Of a stretch of DNA of 43,797 nt, positions 25,781 through 34,826 are shown one piece after another. The position numbers and the translations under genes are program-made. The DNA comes from an uncultured Methanosarcinales archaeon (lineage in GTDB: Archaea; Nanobdellota; Nanobdellia; Woesearchaeales; JABIAG01), in assembly GCA_964427985.1 (NCBI GenBank), contig CAYRWJ010000002.1, positions 1-43,797 of the forward strand, in the 5' to 3' direction. The notes beneath the pieces were generated by a model. The model searched no databases, was not told where the DNA came from, and worked only from the letters and a program-made list of their open reading frames with translations. The first letter of the stretch is position 1. The number at the start of each line of letters is the position of its first letter.

Positions 25781-28700
25781 ATGGTACCTGCTCCAATAAC
25801 GGTAATAAAAAGAAAAGCTTATGGTGAAACTAAAGCAAGATCTGAAGAATATGATCCGGATAAGATTATAGTTGCAATGCAATGTGCATTTCAAGAACTA
25901 GATAAAACTCCTTCTGAATCACAATTAAAAACAATGCTTCCTAAAATAGAAGAAAAACTTAAACCAACAAAGAAGGGGGGAGTTCATAGAAATGCTATAG
26001 ACCGGGCGGTTGTTTTAACATTAAAAGATTCTATGCATCCTGATGTTGCAGAGGCTTATGAAACTTATGGAAAAGATAGATTAAAAGAATTAAGAAGAAT
26101 AAGACTTAAAACTGCTGCAGGAAATGTAAATACAACAGATGCATTATTGCTAATTGAGAGTTCAACAACAGGAACTGCAAATCCTTTTGATAAACATGCT
26201 GTTTCTGATTATTTGGAAAGATTAGAAGTGGATCTTTCTCCTCATTTAATTAAAAGTGTAGCAAGCGCAGTAGAAACGTCTGTTCTTACTTGGGTTAAAG
26301 AAGTTAAAAAAGATGATGAAGTATTGGAATTAACAACATCAGATATTCATACTCTTGTTGGAGCTGAATTAATAAAAAAAGGAATAGATCCACAACAATT
26401 ATTTGCTTCAAGAAATTTTGTAGTTTCAAGAGAAAATTTAGAAATGTTGATGGCTTCAAAATCAAATGAAAATGGAAATGTAAATTCAAACAATCCTGAA
26501 GCAGTTAATTTAGAAATAGCAGAATGGGTATTAAAAAGATGGGCATTAAGTTCTATATTTGATAAATCTGTACGAACTGCACATGATGCAGGAGCGATGC
26601 ACGTACATGATTTGGGTTACCCACATAGAGTTTATTGTTCAGGACATTCATTAGAATATATAAAAAAATATGGGTTAAGAGATTTACTAAATTTATCTAC
26701 TCGTTCATCTCCCGCAAGACATGCAATAACTTTAGTGGGACATACAGCAACATTTTTAGCATCAATGCAAGCATATTATGCAGGTGCGTTAGGAATGGCA
26801 TATGTAAATTTATCATTTGCTCCTTTTTTAGAAAGTATGTCAAGAAAAAATGTAAAAAAAATTAAACAAGATGTATTAAGTTATTTATCTGGCGATGAAG
26901 CATTACAAACTAGATTATCTAAGTATCTTGTCGCTTCAGAAAATTGGAAAAGAGTATCGACAGAACTTGCAAATAGGCCAGTATCTGATTCAGATTTAGA
27001 AGGAATAATCGGTTCAGTTTCAACAAAATTAGAAGGAAAACCAGAATTGGATCAATTTATGAGGTTAGTTAATGATTATAGAGATATGCGAAAACAAGCA
27101 AAACAATTAAATGATATGTTAACTGATTCAGACCTTGTTGGAAGTTTAATGGAAGATGTTTCTGCAAGATTAGAAGGAAACGAATCTTTATCGCAAGAAT
27201 TTCAAAAGTTAATGATTCAATACACTGACATGAAACAAATAGCACAAAACTTTATTTTTACATTATCGCAATGTGCATTTTCAAGAGGAAGTCAAACAAT
27301 ATTTACCGATGCAAATTTACATACTGGAGTTCCTGATGCATTAAAAAAAGTACCCATTGTTGTTCCAGGGGGACGATATAGGCTTTTAAATGAAGAAACA
27401 GGTGAAACAGAAGATTTACGAGCAAGGAAAGATTCAACAAGTAAAGATGGAATAATTTTTACAGATTCTGAAGGCAATGTGTTTTTAGATGGGGAAGGAA
27501 ATTTTAATTATGATTTAGCTAAAGAACAAGGAAGAAGATTTGTGACGTATGGAGATTATGAAGAAACTTCACAAGATTTTTTAGATGCATTACTTGATGT
27601 TTACAAAGAAGGAGACGAAATTGGGATGATGTTTCCATTTCCAAAATGCGATGTTCACATAGATCCTAATACGTTTAAACAAGAAAGGCAAAAACAATTG
27701 TTAAGAAAAACCTGCGAAGTTGCAGCTCATAATTCAAGTGCTTATTTTATTTTTGATAGAGATGCAGTAACTCTTGCAGCTTGTTGTAGATTAAGAACTG
27801 CTGTAGATCCAAGAGCATTAGAACATCCTGAATCATTAAGATTTTGTGGTTTTCAAAATGTAACAATAAATATCCCGCAAGCAGCTTATAGAGCAGCAGA
27901 AGCTGAAAATTTAACTCTTGATGGAGTTATAACTGAAGTGCTTGAAACAATGGATCTTGCATTAGAAGCCCATGTTCAAAAAAGAAAAAAGACTGAAGAA
28001 TTAATGCAACCTGGCGCGCCATTACATCAAATTGGAAAACCGGGCATGGATGGAAAACCTTATGTCGATTTAGATACTGCAACGTATATAGTTGGAATGA
28101 TTGGAGTTAATGATGCAGTAAACTTATTGACTGGTTCAGAATTACATGAAAGTGAAGAAGCAATGCAAGCAGGATTAGAAATTATTGCAGCAATGTATCA
28201 AAGAGCAAAAGAAATGAGCGAAAAAACGGGTTGGAAAATTTCATTAGAAGAAAGTCCGGCAGAAAGTGCAGCAAGAAACTTAGCATTAAGAGATTTAAAA
28301 CATCCTGTTTATGGAAAATATGCAGAAAAAATAGTTCAAGGAACTAAAGACGATCCGTATTACACCAATTCAGTTCATTTTAGAGCAGATGCACCAATAG
28401 ATGCAATAGAACGAATTCAAGGACAATCAAATTTTCATTCTGTAATAGAATCGGGAGCAATAATCCATCTATTTACTGGAGAAGCAAATATTGATCCGGA
28501 TGCATTATATGATTTGGTTCAAAATATTTATGCAAATACTCAATGTGCACAACTAACAGTTTCAGGAACACATTCTTTTTGCCCTGGTTGTGGAACGCAA
28601 ACAAGAGGAGAACATCATTCGTGTCCAAATTGTGGTTCTGAAACTGATGTGATGTCCAAAGTAGTTGGTTATAATTCCAAAGTTACAAATTGGAATGGAT

Positions 28701-29227
28701 CTAAAGTTGAAGAATCAAAAGCAAGAGCAAGAGGAAATTACGCATTAGATACATCTGAGAATATGGCAGAACTGGATGATTTGAGTCAAACATTAATACC
28801 TGAAGGCGAACCAACAATACGCGCTGTAGTTTATGGAATAAAACATCATCATCATTGTGAATGGTGTGAAGATCTTCATGAGTCTGTAACTAACTTAGTT
28901 GGGAAAAATTATGATGGACAAATAGCTGTTGATTTTGTTGATGTTACTGCACCCGGTGTTGAAGGAAGAAAAAATTTAGCAAGAGCTATGCGTGCAGGAA
29001 TAAACATGGGAACTACTCCTGCAGTGGGATTCGAATATAATGTTGAGGGCATACCTCAACCAGTAGATGAAACAAGACCTTTACAAACTGAAAGTGTTGT
29101 AAGACAAAATAGACAAACTGGACAGTTAGATGTAAAATATAAATTCTTACATAAAATGGGTGCACCAAAAGTAAAAAAAGCAATGGCTGCAGTTTTAGCT
29201 GAAGCAGAAATTTATTTAGGAAAATGA
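25781..29227 (+). CDS. nrdD: anaerobic (class III) ribonucleoside-triphosphate reductase, unusually long, with extra domains
   Basis: 1148 aa, SD gaggtga upstream. N-terminal ATP-cone (VIKRKAYGETKARSEEYDPDKI) and a second cone-like segment. Active-site LAACCRL. C-terminal Zn ribbon CPGCG...CPNCG and glycyl-radical motif KVVGY (Gly codon 28667-28669). Also about 135 extra residues at aa 353-487 and about 175 residues after the glycyl-radical site. Confidence 0.9.
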   Translation: MVPAPITVIKRKAYGETKARSEEYDPDKIIVAMQCAFQELDKTPSESQLKTMLPKIEEKLKPTKKGGVHRNAIDRAVVLTLKDSMHPDVAEAYETYGKDRLKELRRIRLKTAAGNVNTTDALLLIESSTTGTANPFDKHAVSDYLERLEVDLSPHLIKSVASAVETSVLTWVKEVKKDDEVLELTTSDIHTLVGAELIKKGIDPQQLFASRNFVVSRENLEMLMASKSNENGNVNSNNPEAVNLEIAEWVLKRWALSSIFDKSVRTAHDAGAMHVHDLGYPHRVYCSGHSLEYIKKYGLRDLLNLSTRSSPARHAITLVGHTATFLASMQAYYAGALGMAYVNLSFAPFLESMSRKNVKKIKQDVLSYLSGDEALQTRLSKYLVASENWKRVSTELANRPVSDSDLEGIIGSVSTKLEGKPELDQFMRLVNDYRDMRKQAKQLNDMLTDSDLVGSLMEDVSARLEGNESLSQEFQKLMIQYTDMKQIAQNFIFTLSQCAFSRGSQTIFTDANLHTGVPDALKKVPIVVPGGRYRLLNEETGETEDLRARKDSTSKDGIIFTDSEGNVFLDGEGNFNYDLAKEQGRRFVTYGDYEETSQDFLDALLDVYKEGDEIGMMFPFPKCDVHIDPNTFKQERQKQLLRKTCEVAAHNSSAYFIFDRDAVTLAACCRLRTAVDPRALEHPESLRFCGFQNVTINIPQAAYRAAEAENLTLDGVITEVLETMDLALEAHVQKRKKTEELMQPGAPLHQIGKPGMDGKPYVDLDTATYIVGMIGVNDAVNLLTGSELHESEEAMQAGLEIIAAMYQRAKEMSEKTGWKISLEESPAESAARNLALRDLKHPVYGKYAEKIVQGTKDDPYYTNSVHFRADAPIDAIERIQGQSNFHSVIESGAIIHLFTGEANIDPDALYDLVQNIYANTQCAQLTVSGTHSFCPGCGTQTRGEHHSCPNCGSETDVMSKVVGYNSKVTNWNGSKVEESKARARGNYALDTSENMAELDDLSQTLIPEGEPTIRAVVYGIKHHHHCEWCEDLHESVTNLVGKNYDGQIAVDFVDVTAPGVEGRKNLARAMRAGINMGTTPAVGFEYNVEGIPQPVDETRPLQTESVVRQNRQTGQLDVKYKFLHKMGAPKVKKAMAAVLAEAEIYLGK

Positions 29228-29934
29228 AATTTGGAAATATATCTTCATCAGTAGATTTAGTAAGTTTTAATAATGCAGAACAGCCAACAACAGTTTTATT
29301 TTATCAAGGTTGTAATTTTAGATGCGGTTATTGCCATAATGGAGGTATCTGGAAATCAGAAACTGAACCTCTTAATGAAGTCGGATTAAAAAGAGTTCTT
29401 TCCATGGCAAAAAGAAGATGGATAAAAACTATTACATTAACTGGTGGAGAACCAACCGAGCAACCAGAAGGATTACAAAATTTAGTTAGACATTTAAAAA
29501 ATCAAGGATTTAAAATTAAATTAGATACAAATGGAAGTAATCCTGAATTATTAGCAGAACTTGTCGATAATAACTTATTAGATTATGTTGCCATGGATGT
29601 AAAAGGAACTTTAGAACAATATCCAGAAATAGTTGGTTTTTCAGATGTTGAAAAAATAAGAGCTTCAATTGGAATTGTGAGAGAGATGGGTGCTTATGAA
29701 TTTAGAACAACCGTAGTTCCAAAATATCATGAAGAACCAGAAATAAGGGAAATTGGAGCTTTGTTGCACGGATCAAGAAGATATGCAATGCAACAATTTA
29801 GACCTGATTTAGATGGGGGCTGTCTAAATCCTGAGTTTTGTAAACTTGATTCATACCAAGGAGATACTTTGAGAGAATTTGCAGAATTAGTAGAAGATGA
29901 TTTTGAACAAGTAATTGTAAGAGCAAGAGATTAA
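29224..29934 (+). CDS. nrdG: anaerobic ribonucleotide reductase activating protein (radical SAM)
   Basis: 236 aa. CNFRCGYCHN cluster motif and GGEPT SAM motif. ATGA overlap with nrdD. Confidence 0.88.
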   Translation: MKFGNISSSVDLVSFNNAEQPTTVLFYQGCNFRCGYCHNGGIWKSETEPLNEVGLKRVLSMAKRRWIKTITLTGGEPTEQPEGLQNLVRHLKNQGFKIKLDTNGSNPELLAELVDNNLLDYVAMDVKGTLEQYPEIVGFSDVEKIRASIGIVREMGAYEFRTTVVPKYHEEPEIREIGALLHGSRRYAMQQFRPDLDGGCLNPEFCKLDSYQGDTLREFAELVEDDFEQVIVRARD

Positions 29935-30275
29935 AACATACTTAGATCTCTAGTAATATCATCAATCTTTTCTTCTTTATCAGGACCAATACCCAAACAA
30001 GTTTCAGTACCTGAAGGAATTTCTGTTAAGCCAGCATCACTAATCAAACAAGTTTTCAAACCAACATCATCCGCTGCTTGCTTATACAAATGTAATTCAG
30101 ATTCGTTCTTAACTTTAAGAACAACTTTTTTAGCTCCAAAACTATTCCATTCACGAACTAAATCATTATCAGATTTCATAACACAATTAACTGCAGCATG
30201 AGCTACTTGAGCGGCCATTTTACCAGCAGATAATTTTAGGTCTGCCCTAACTAATATCACTTGTTTTAGTTCCAT
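29931..30275 (-). CDS. pth2: archaeal-type peptidyl-tRNA hydrolase
   Basis: 114 aa. KQVILVRADLKLSAGKMAAQVAHAAV...DAGLTEIPSGTETCLGIGP is typical of Pth2. Confidence 0.88.
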   Translation of the reverse strand: MELKQVILVRADLKLSAGKMAAQVAHAAVNCVMKSDNDLVREWNSFGAKKVVLKVKNESELHLYKQAADDVGLKTCLISDAGLTEIPSGTETCLGIGPDKEEKIDDITRDLSMF

Positions 30276-30402
30276 AACGTATAGATTTGAAAATGTATTT
30301 TTAAAGGTTGTTATTCAAGAGGATAAAATTTAAATTAAATTTTTGACCATATACTATAAATTAGAAAGTTTTTTAAATAGACTCAAAAAGTTAATATACA
30401 AG

Positions 30403-30615
30403 ATGGACGAAGACTTTAAACCGGAAGAAAACGAAGAAAATGTTTATTCAGAAGAGGGAAGAGAAGGCTACGTTGAAAGTGGAGAAATCTCAGCAGAAGA
30501 AGAAGCCTTTATGAAAGGATATGAAGATGCTGAAGAAGACAAAGAAGAAGACAAAGACGACAAAGAAGATAAAGACGGCAAAGACGCTACCGATTCTGAT
30601 GAAGAAGAACAATAA
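30403..30615 (+). CDS. small highly acidic, low-complexity protein
   Basis: ATG 30403 lies 22 nt after TATA ttttaaata (30371-30379). 70 aa, MDEDFKPEENEENVYSEEGREGY...DKEEDKDDKEDKDGKDATDSDEEEQ. Confidence 0.5.
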   Translation: MDEDFKPEENEENVYSEEGREGYVESGEISAEEEAFMKGYEDAEEDKEEDKDDKEDKDGKDATDSDEEEQ

Positions 30616-30619
30616 ATCA

Positions 30620-30635
30620 TTTTTCTTTTTTTTTT
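30620..30635 (+). terminator. oligo-T tract (archaeal-type terminator)
   Basis: tttttctttttttttt lies directly after the stop at 30613-30615. Confidence 0.5.
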
Positions 30636-30674
30636 ATACTAAAAATTTATAAAGATAATGAGTAGTATTTCTAC

Positions 30675-32330
30675 ATGGATTTTGAAAAAGAAATAAAGAA
30701 ATCTTTGAAAAAAGAAACAGGAAATGATAACTTAGAAATACCTCCTTCTCCAGATTTGGGAGATTATGCTTTCCCTTGTTTTATTTTAGCAAGTAAATAC
30801 AAAAAAACTCCTTCAGAAATAGCTACTGAATTAGCAAACAAACTAGAAATAAAAGGGGTAGAAATAAACGCAACAGGACCTTATTTAAACTTTTTTGTAG
30901 ATAAATCTACAATAGCTAAAGATGTTTTAGTTAAAGCATTTAAGCAAGAAGATTATGGAAGCGAAACAAAAAAAGAAAAAACAATAGTAATTGATTATTC
31001 TGCACCAAATGTAGCAAAACACATGGGCATACATAATTTACGTTCAACAGTAATTGGACAAGCATTATCAAGTACTTACAAATATTTAGGTTATAAAGTT
31101 CAGGGAGTGAATCACTTGGGAGATTGGGGAACCAATTTTGGACAATTAATTACTGGAATAAAAAAATACAGTTCTTTAAGTAAAATAAAAAATGTACAAG
31201 ATCTAAATAAAATTTATGTAAAATTTCATCATGAAATGGAAAAACATCCAGAACTAGAACAAAAAGCAAGAGATGAATTTTCCAAATTAGAAACTGGAAA
31301 TATTGAAGCAAAAAAATATTGGAAAAAGTTTGTTGCAGTATCACTAAAAGATTATGATAAACTTTATACTCGATTAGGAATAAAATTTGAATCAACTAAA
31401 GGAGAATCTGAATACATTCCATTAATTGGAAATACCTTAAAAATTCTAAAAAAACACAGATTAACAAAAGAAAGTGATGGAGCGTTAGTTGTAGAAATGG
31501 GAAAAGATATGCCTCCCTGTTTATTGAAAAAAAGCGATGGTTCAACATTATATGGACTAAGAGATGTAACTGCGGGCTTATTTAGACTAAAACATTACAA
31601 ACCAAAAAAAGTTCTTTACGTAGTAGATATAGCACAATCACTACATTTTCAACAATGTTTCAAAGTACTGGAAAAAATCAACAAAAAAAATAAAGAAATA
31701 TTTGAACACATAATATTTGGGAGACTAAGTTTTAAAGATGGAACAATGTCTACAAGAAAAGGTAAAGTTGTAATATTAGAAGACGTACTAAATAAAGCAG
31801 TAGAAAAAGTATTAAACATAATCAAAGAAAAAAACCCCAAATTAAAAAACAAAAAAGATGTCGCAGAAAAAGTTGGAGTTGGAGCAGTAGTATTCAATGA
31901 CTTGTTCAATGATAGAATCCACAACATAATATTTGATTGGAATAAAGTGTTGGATTTTGAAGGTTCAACAGGACCTTACATACAATATGCATACGCAAGA
32001 TGTTCAGCAATACTTAAAAAATATAATAAAAAGGTAGATGAAAAAGTTGAATTTGAATTATTAAATGAAGATTCTGAATTTGCATTGTTAAAATTATTAC
32101 AAGAATTTCCCGAAGTATTGAATAATGTAATAAAAGATAATAAGCCATCACATTTAGCAAAGTATTCAATTAAATTAGCACAAACATTTAATAATTTTTA
32201 TGGCATTTGTCATGTTGTAACTGAAGATGAAGAATTAACAAAAGTAAGAATACTGTTAGTTTATTGTGTAAGAAAAGTTCTAAAAAAAGGATTAACTTTA
32301 TTAGGAATAGAAGCGCCTTTAGAAATGTGA
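30675..32330 (+). CDS. argS: arginyl-tRNA synthetase
   Basis: 551 aa. Class I HIGH-type motif APNVAKHMGIHNLRS, MSTRKGK in the KMSKS position, and a DALR-type C-terminal domain. TATA tttataaa (30646-30653) lies 22 nt upstream. Confidence 0.93.
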   Translation: MDFEKEIKKSLKKETGNDNLEIPPSPDLGDYAFPCFILASKYKKTPSEIATELANKLEIKGVEINATGPYLNFFVDKSTIAKDVLVKAFKQEDYGSETKKEKTIVIDYSAPNVAKHMGIHNLRSTVIGQALSSTYKYLGYKVQGVNHLGDWGTNFGQLITGIKKYSSLSKIKNVQDLNKIYVKFHHEMEKHPELEQKARDEFSKLETGNIEAKKYWKKFVAVSLKDYDKLYTRLGIKFESTKGESEYIPLIGNTLKILKKHRLTKESDGALVVEMGKDMPPCLLKKSDGSTLYGLRDVTAGLFRLKHYKPKKVLYVVDIAQSLHFQQCFKVLEKINKKNKEIFEHIIFGRLSFKDGTMSTRKGKVVILEDVLNKAVEKVLNIIKEKNPKLKNKKDVAEKVGVGAVVFNDLFNDRIHNIIFDWNKVLDFEGSTGPYIQYAYARCSAILKKYNKKVDEKVEFELLNEDSEFALLKLLQEFPEVLNNVIKDNKPSHLAKYSIKLAQTFNNFYGICHVVTEDEELTKVRILLVYCVRKVLKKGLTLLGIEAPLEM

Positions 32331-33118
32331 TAATCAAAATACCATTTTATGCGGGGGGGTTAGGTAAAACAAAAGGAGTAGAAAAAGCTCCGGATAAAAT
32401 TATTACAAAATTGCGAGAGTTAAATTGTAATGAAGATGGCATTAAGTCTCCAATAAATGAAATGGAAATTAAAGTTAATAATTCTAATATTGAAGAAAGT
32501 CAAAAAGTTATTGAAACAGAAATGAAAAAGATATTTCAAGATTATTCTTGTCCAATTATTCTTGGGGGGGACCATTCAATAACTTATTCAACATTTAAAG
32601 CATTTAATCAAGGAAATTGCGGATTATTAATATTTGATGCACATCCCGACTTAATGCAAGAATTTAATCCCGCAACACATGAAAATTATTTACGAAACTT
32701 AATTGCAGAAGGACTCAATCCTTCAAACATTATTTTGTTAGGAACAAGAAATCAGGATATAGAAGAAATAAATTTTATTAAAAAAAATAATATTAAAAAT
32801 TTCACAATGAAAAAAATAAGTTATCAAGGAATACAAGAAGTGTGTAGCACAATAATGGAAACTTGTAATAAGTTTGATAAATTATATATTTCAATAGATA
32901 TTGATTCAGTAGACCCTGTATTTGCTCCTGGAACAGGGCATCCAGAAATAGGGGGATTAACCTCAAGAGAATTACTATATGTTGTACATCGATTGAAAAA
33001 TTTGAAAAATATTAAAGCAATAGACTTAGTTGAATTAAATCCAGATATAGAAGAAAAGTTAACAATTAGTTTAGGAGCAAAGATTGTTAATGAATTATTT
33101 GGTTCTTCTCCTCAATAA
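32327..33118 (+). CDS. arginase/agmatinase-family ureohydrolase
   Basis: Mn-binding motifs GGDHSITY, DAHPDL and SIDIDSVDPVFAPGTGHPEIGGL. The proposed GTG start at 32327 overlaps the argS stop (ATGTGA). The track's TTG at 32264 would overlap argS by 67 nt. Confidence 0.8.
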   Translation: MIIKIPFYAGGLGKTKGVEKAPDKIITKLRELNCNEDGIKSPINEMEIKVNNSNIEESQKVIETEMKKIFQDYSCPIILGGDHSITYSTFKAFNQGNCGLLIFDAHPDLMQEFNPATHENYLRNLIAEGLNPSNIILLGTRNQDIEEINFIKKNNIKNFTMKKISYQGIQEVCSTIMETCNKFDKLYISIDIDSVDPVFAPGTGHPEIGGLTSRELLYVVHRLKNLKNIKAIDLVELNPDIEEKLTISLGAKIVNELFGSSPQ

Positions 33119-33160
33119 TAACCTAACTCTTTAAATAATCAAAACTCTCCCGTTTTAAGA

Positions 33161-34819
33161 ATGTGCCCTTATACTCCGCCATCTTCAAAAACTTCTGAAC
33201 CTGCAGGTAGTTCTCCCCCTTCTCGTGTTGAACAGATTTATGAAACAATTCTAAAAAGAGATAAAGATTTACCAATATGGTTAGCTACTCCAAATCAGAT
33301 TAGTTTTGATTCAGAAGGACAAATGACAATAATTCTTTCTGGTGAAATGATGCAAGATTCTTTTAGAAGGAATTATGGGAATGTTTTAGAAAAGTTAGCA
33401 AAAGAAACAGGACCATTTACTAAAATAAATTGGGTTGTTGATAGAGCAGAATATGAAAAAATAGTTCCAAAAGAAGAAATTGGAGATTCACCACTCTCTA
33501 TTCCCCGAAGAACTATAAGTGCAGCACAATATTATGCAACTGCAGAAACCGAAGCAGCATTAGCAAAATTACCCATAAAGGATGCAATAGGAAGCGGAGA
33601 TTATGTTAGAGGGAACTGTAATGCAGTGTCTTTTGCAAAAGGATTTGGAATGTTAGATAGATTAAAAGCAAAAAAAACTCCGCAAAGATCTTTATTGGTT
33701 TATGGAGGCAATAATTTAGGAAAAACTACTTTGCTTAAATATTTAGCTACTGAAGCAATCGCCGCGGGATTGATTCCCTTCTTTTTAGATATTAATTTTT
33801 TAGCAAACCAATATCAAACAATGGCAAGAAGAAAGGACGGAGCAACTCCTGAGGATTGGAAAAACGTAGATTTTAGTCATGTACAACACGCAGATTTAGT
33901 TTTATTAGATGGATTAGAAGGCTTGATGACAAGAGGAAATCCAAAAACTCGATTAGGAACACAAAGAAAAGCATTGGAATTAATGGATTCTGCTTTGAAT
34001 AGAGGAAAAGGGTTAATTTTTACTTATTCTGGAACAAAAGAGGGCTGGACTAAACTAGTTATGGCTTTAGCAAAAATGGGCCAGGAAGAACCTGATGAAC
34101 ATTATAAACATTTAGCAGCAAGATTAACAAGAGCAAGTCGAACACAACTTGTTTACCCTTCAGGCGAGGGAAGAATTGAATTTGTAAAAGATGCAATACT
34201 TTCGCTTTCAGAAAGATGTAATGATCAATTAGATCCGGTAGCAAGACATATAAGTGGATTGTTAGGTAGAAATGCAGATCCTGGAAGAATTATGGTTGAA
34301 GTTGAAGAATTAGCAGATTATGCAGACATGCAAGATAAAGAAATAACTCTTGGTTTAACAAGAACAGTATTGGGAACAGAATCATTTTTAATAGAAACAC
34401 CGGGACAATTAAAAGATGAATTACAAACAAACGTAACAAAAATAGCATTAGACCTTTTGAATATAAAAAAACCTTATGTCGCTCAAAAAGGAAGAGAACC
34501 AGATAGAGTTGATAAGAGAGGGTTATTAATTGCAGCAAGAAGAATTTATACCGATATGACTCCTGAAGAAATTGTTGCAGACCTTCCAATATCTTCACAA
34601 ATGGTTCGTCATGCACTTATCAAAGTTGAAGAATTAACAGATAAAACATATTTAAATGATTTTTTAACCCAAATAGAAAAAGTATTATTAGCTTCAGGGC
34701 AAAAAGTAGAAAAAAGAAGTTTGCGGCTTAATAGGCAAGTAAGAAAACCACAAAGTAAGATAGAAGATAAACAACCAATGTTTGATTTAAAAGGAAGTGT
34801 TGCAGATATAAGAACTTAA
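33161..34819 (+). CDS. divergent DnaA-like protein (domain I-like N-terminus, AAA+ module, domain IV-like HTH)
   Basis: 552 aa. TATA tttaaata (33129-33136) lies 25 nt upstream. YVRGNCNAVSFAKG, Walker A LLVYGGNNLGKTTLL (codons from 33701), Walker B-like DLVLLDGLEG, and C-terminal LLIAARRIYTDMTPEEIVADLPISSQMVRHALIKVEEL. See findings. Confidence 0.6.
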   Translation: MCPYTPPSSKTSEPAGSSPPSRVEQIYETILKRDKDLPIWLATPNQISFDSEGQMTIILSGEMMQDSFRRNYGNVLEKLAKETGPFTKINWVVDRAEYEKIVPKEEIGDSPLSIPRRTISAAQYYATAETEAALAKLPIKDAIGSGDYVRGNCNAVSFAKGFGMLDRLKAKKTPQRSLLVYGGNNLGKTTLLKYLATEAIAAGLIPFFLDINFLANQYQTMARRKDGATPEDWKNVDFSHVQHADLVLLDGLEGLMTRGNPKTRLGTQRKALELMDSALNRGKGLIFTYSGTKEGWTKLVMALAKMGQEEPDEHYKHLAARLTRASRTQLVYPSGEGRIEFVKDAILSLSERCNDQLDPVARHISGLLGRNADPGRIMVEVEELADYADMQDKEITLGLTRTVLGTESFLIETPGQLKDELQTNVTKIALDLLNIKKPYVAQKGREPDRVDKRGLLIAARRIYTDMTPEEIVADLPISSQMVRHALIKVEELTDKTYLNDFLTQIEKVLLASGQKVEKRSLRLNRQVRKPQSKIEDKQPMFDLKGSVADIRT

Positions 34820-34826
34820 ATATATT

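Noticed and set aside
26837-27250. Possible intein inside NrdD
   Set aside because: No Cys/Ser/Thr at the insertion boundaries with a terminal His-Asn, no endonuclease motifs, and the segment is a duplicated helical unit.
28844-28855. Four consecutive His codons, as a possible engineered tag or vector contamination
   Set aside because: Only four residues, internal to a long native ORF, followed directly by the CxxC motif, and with no vector-like flanks.
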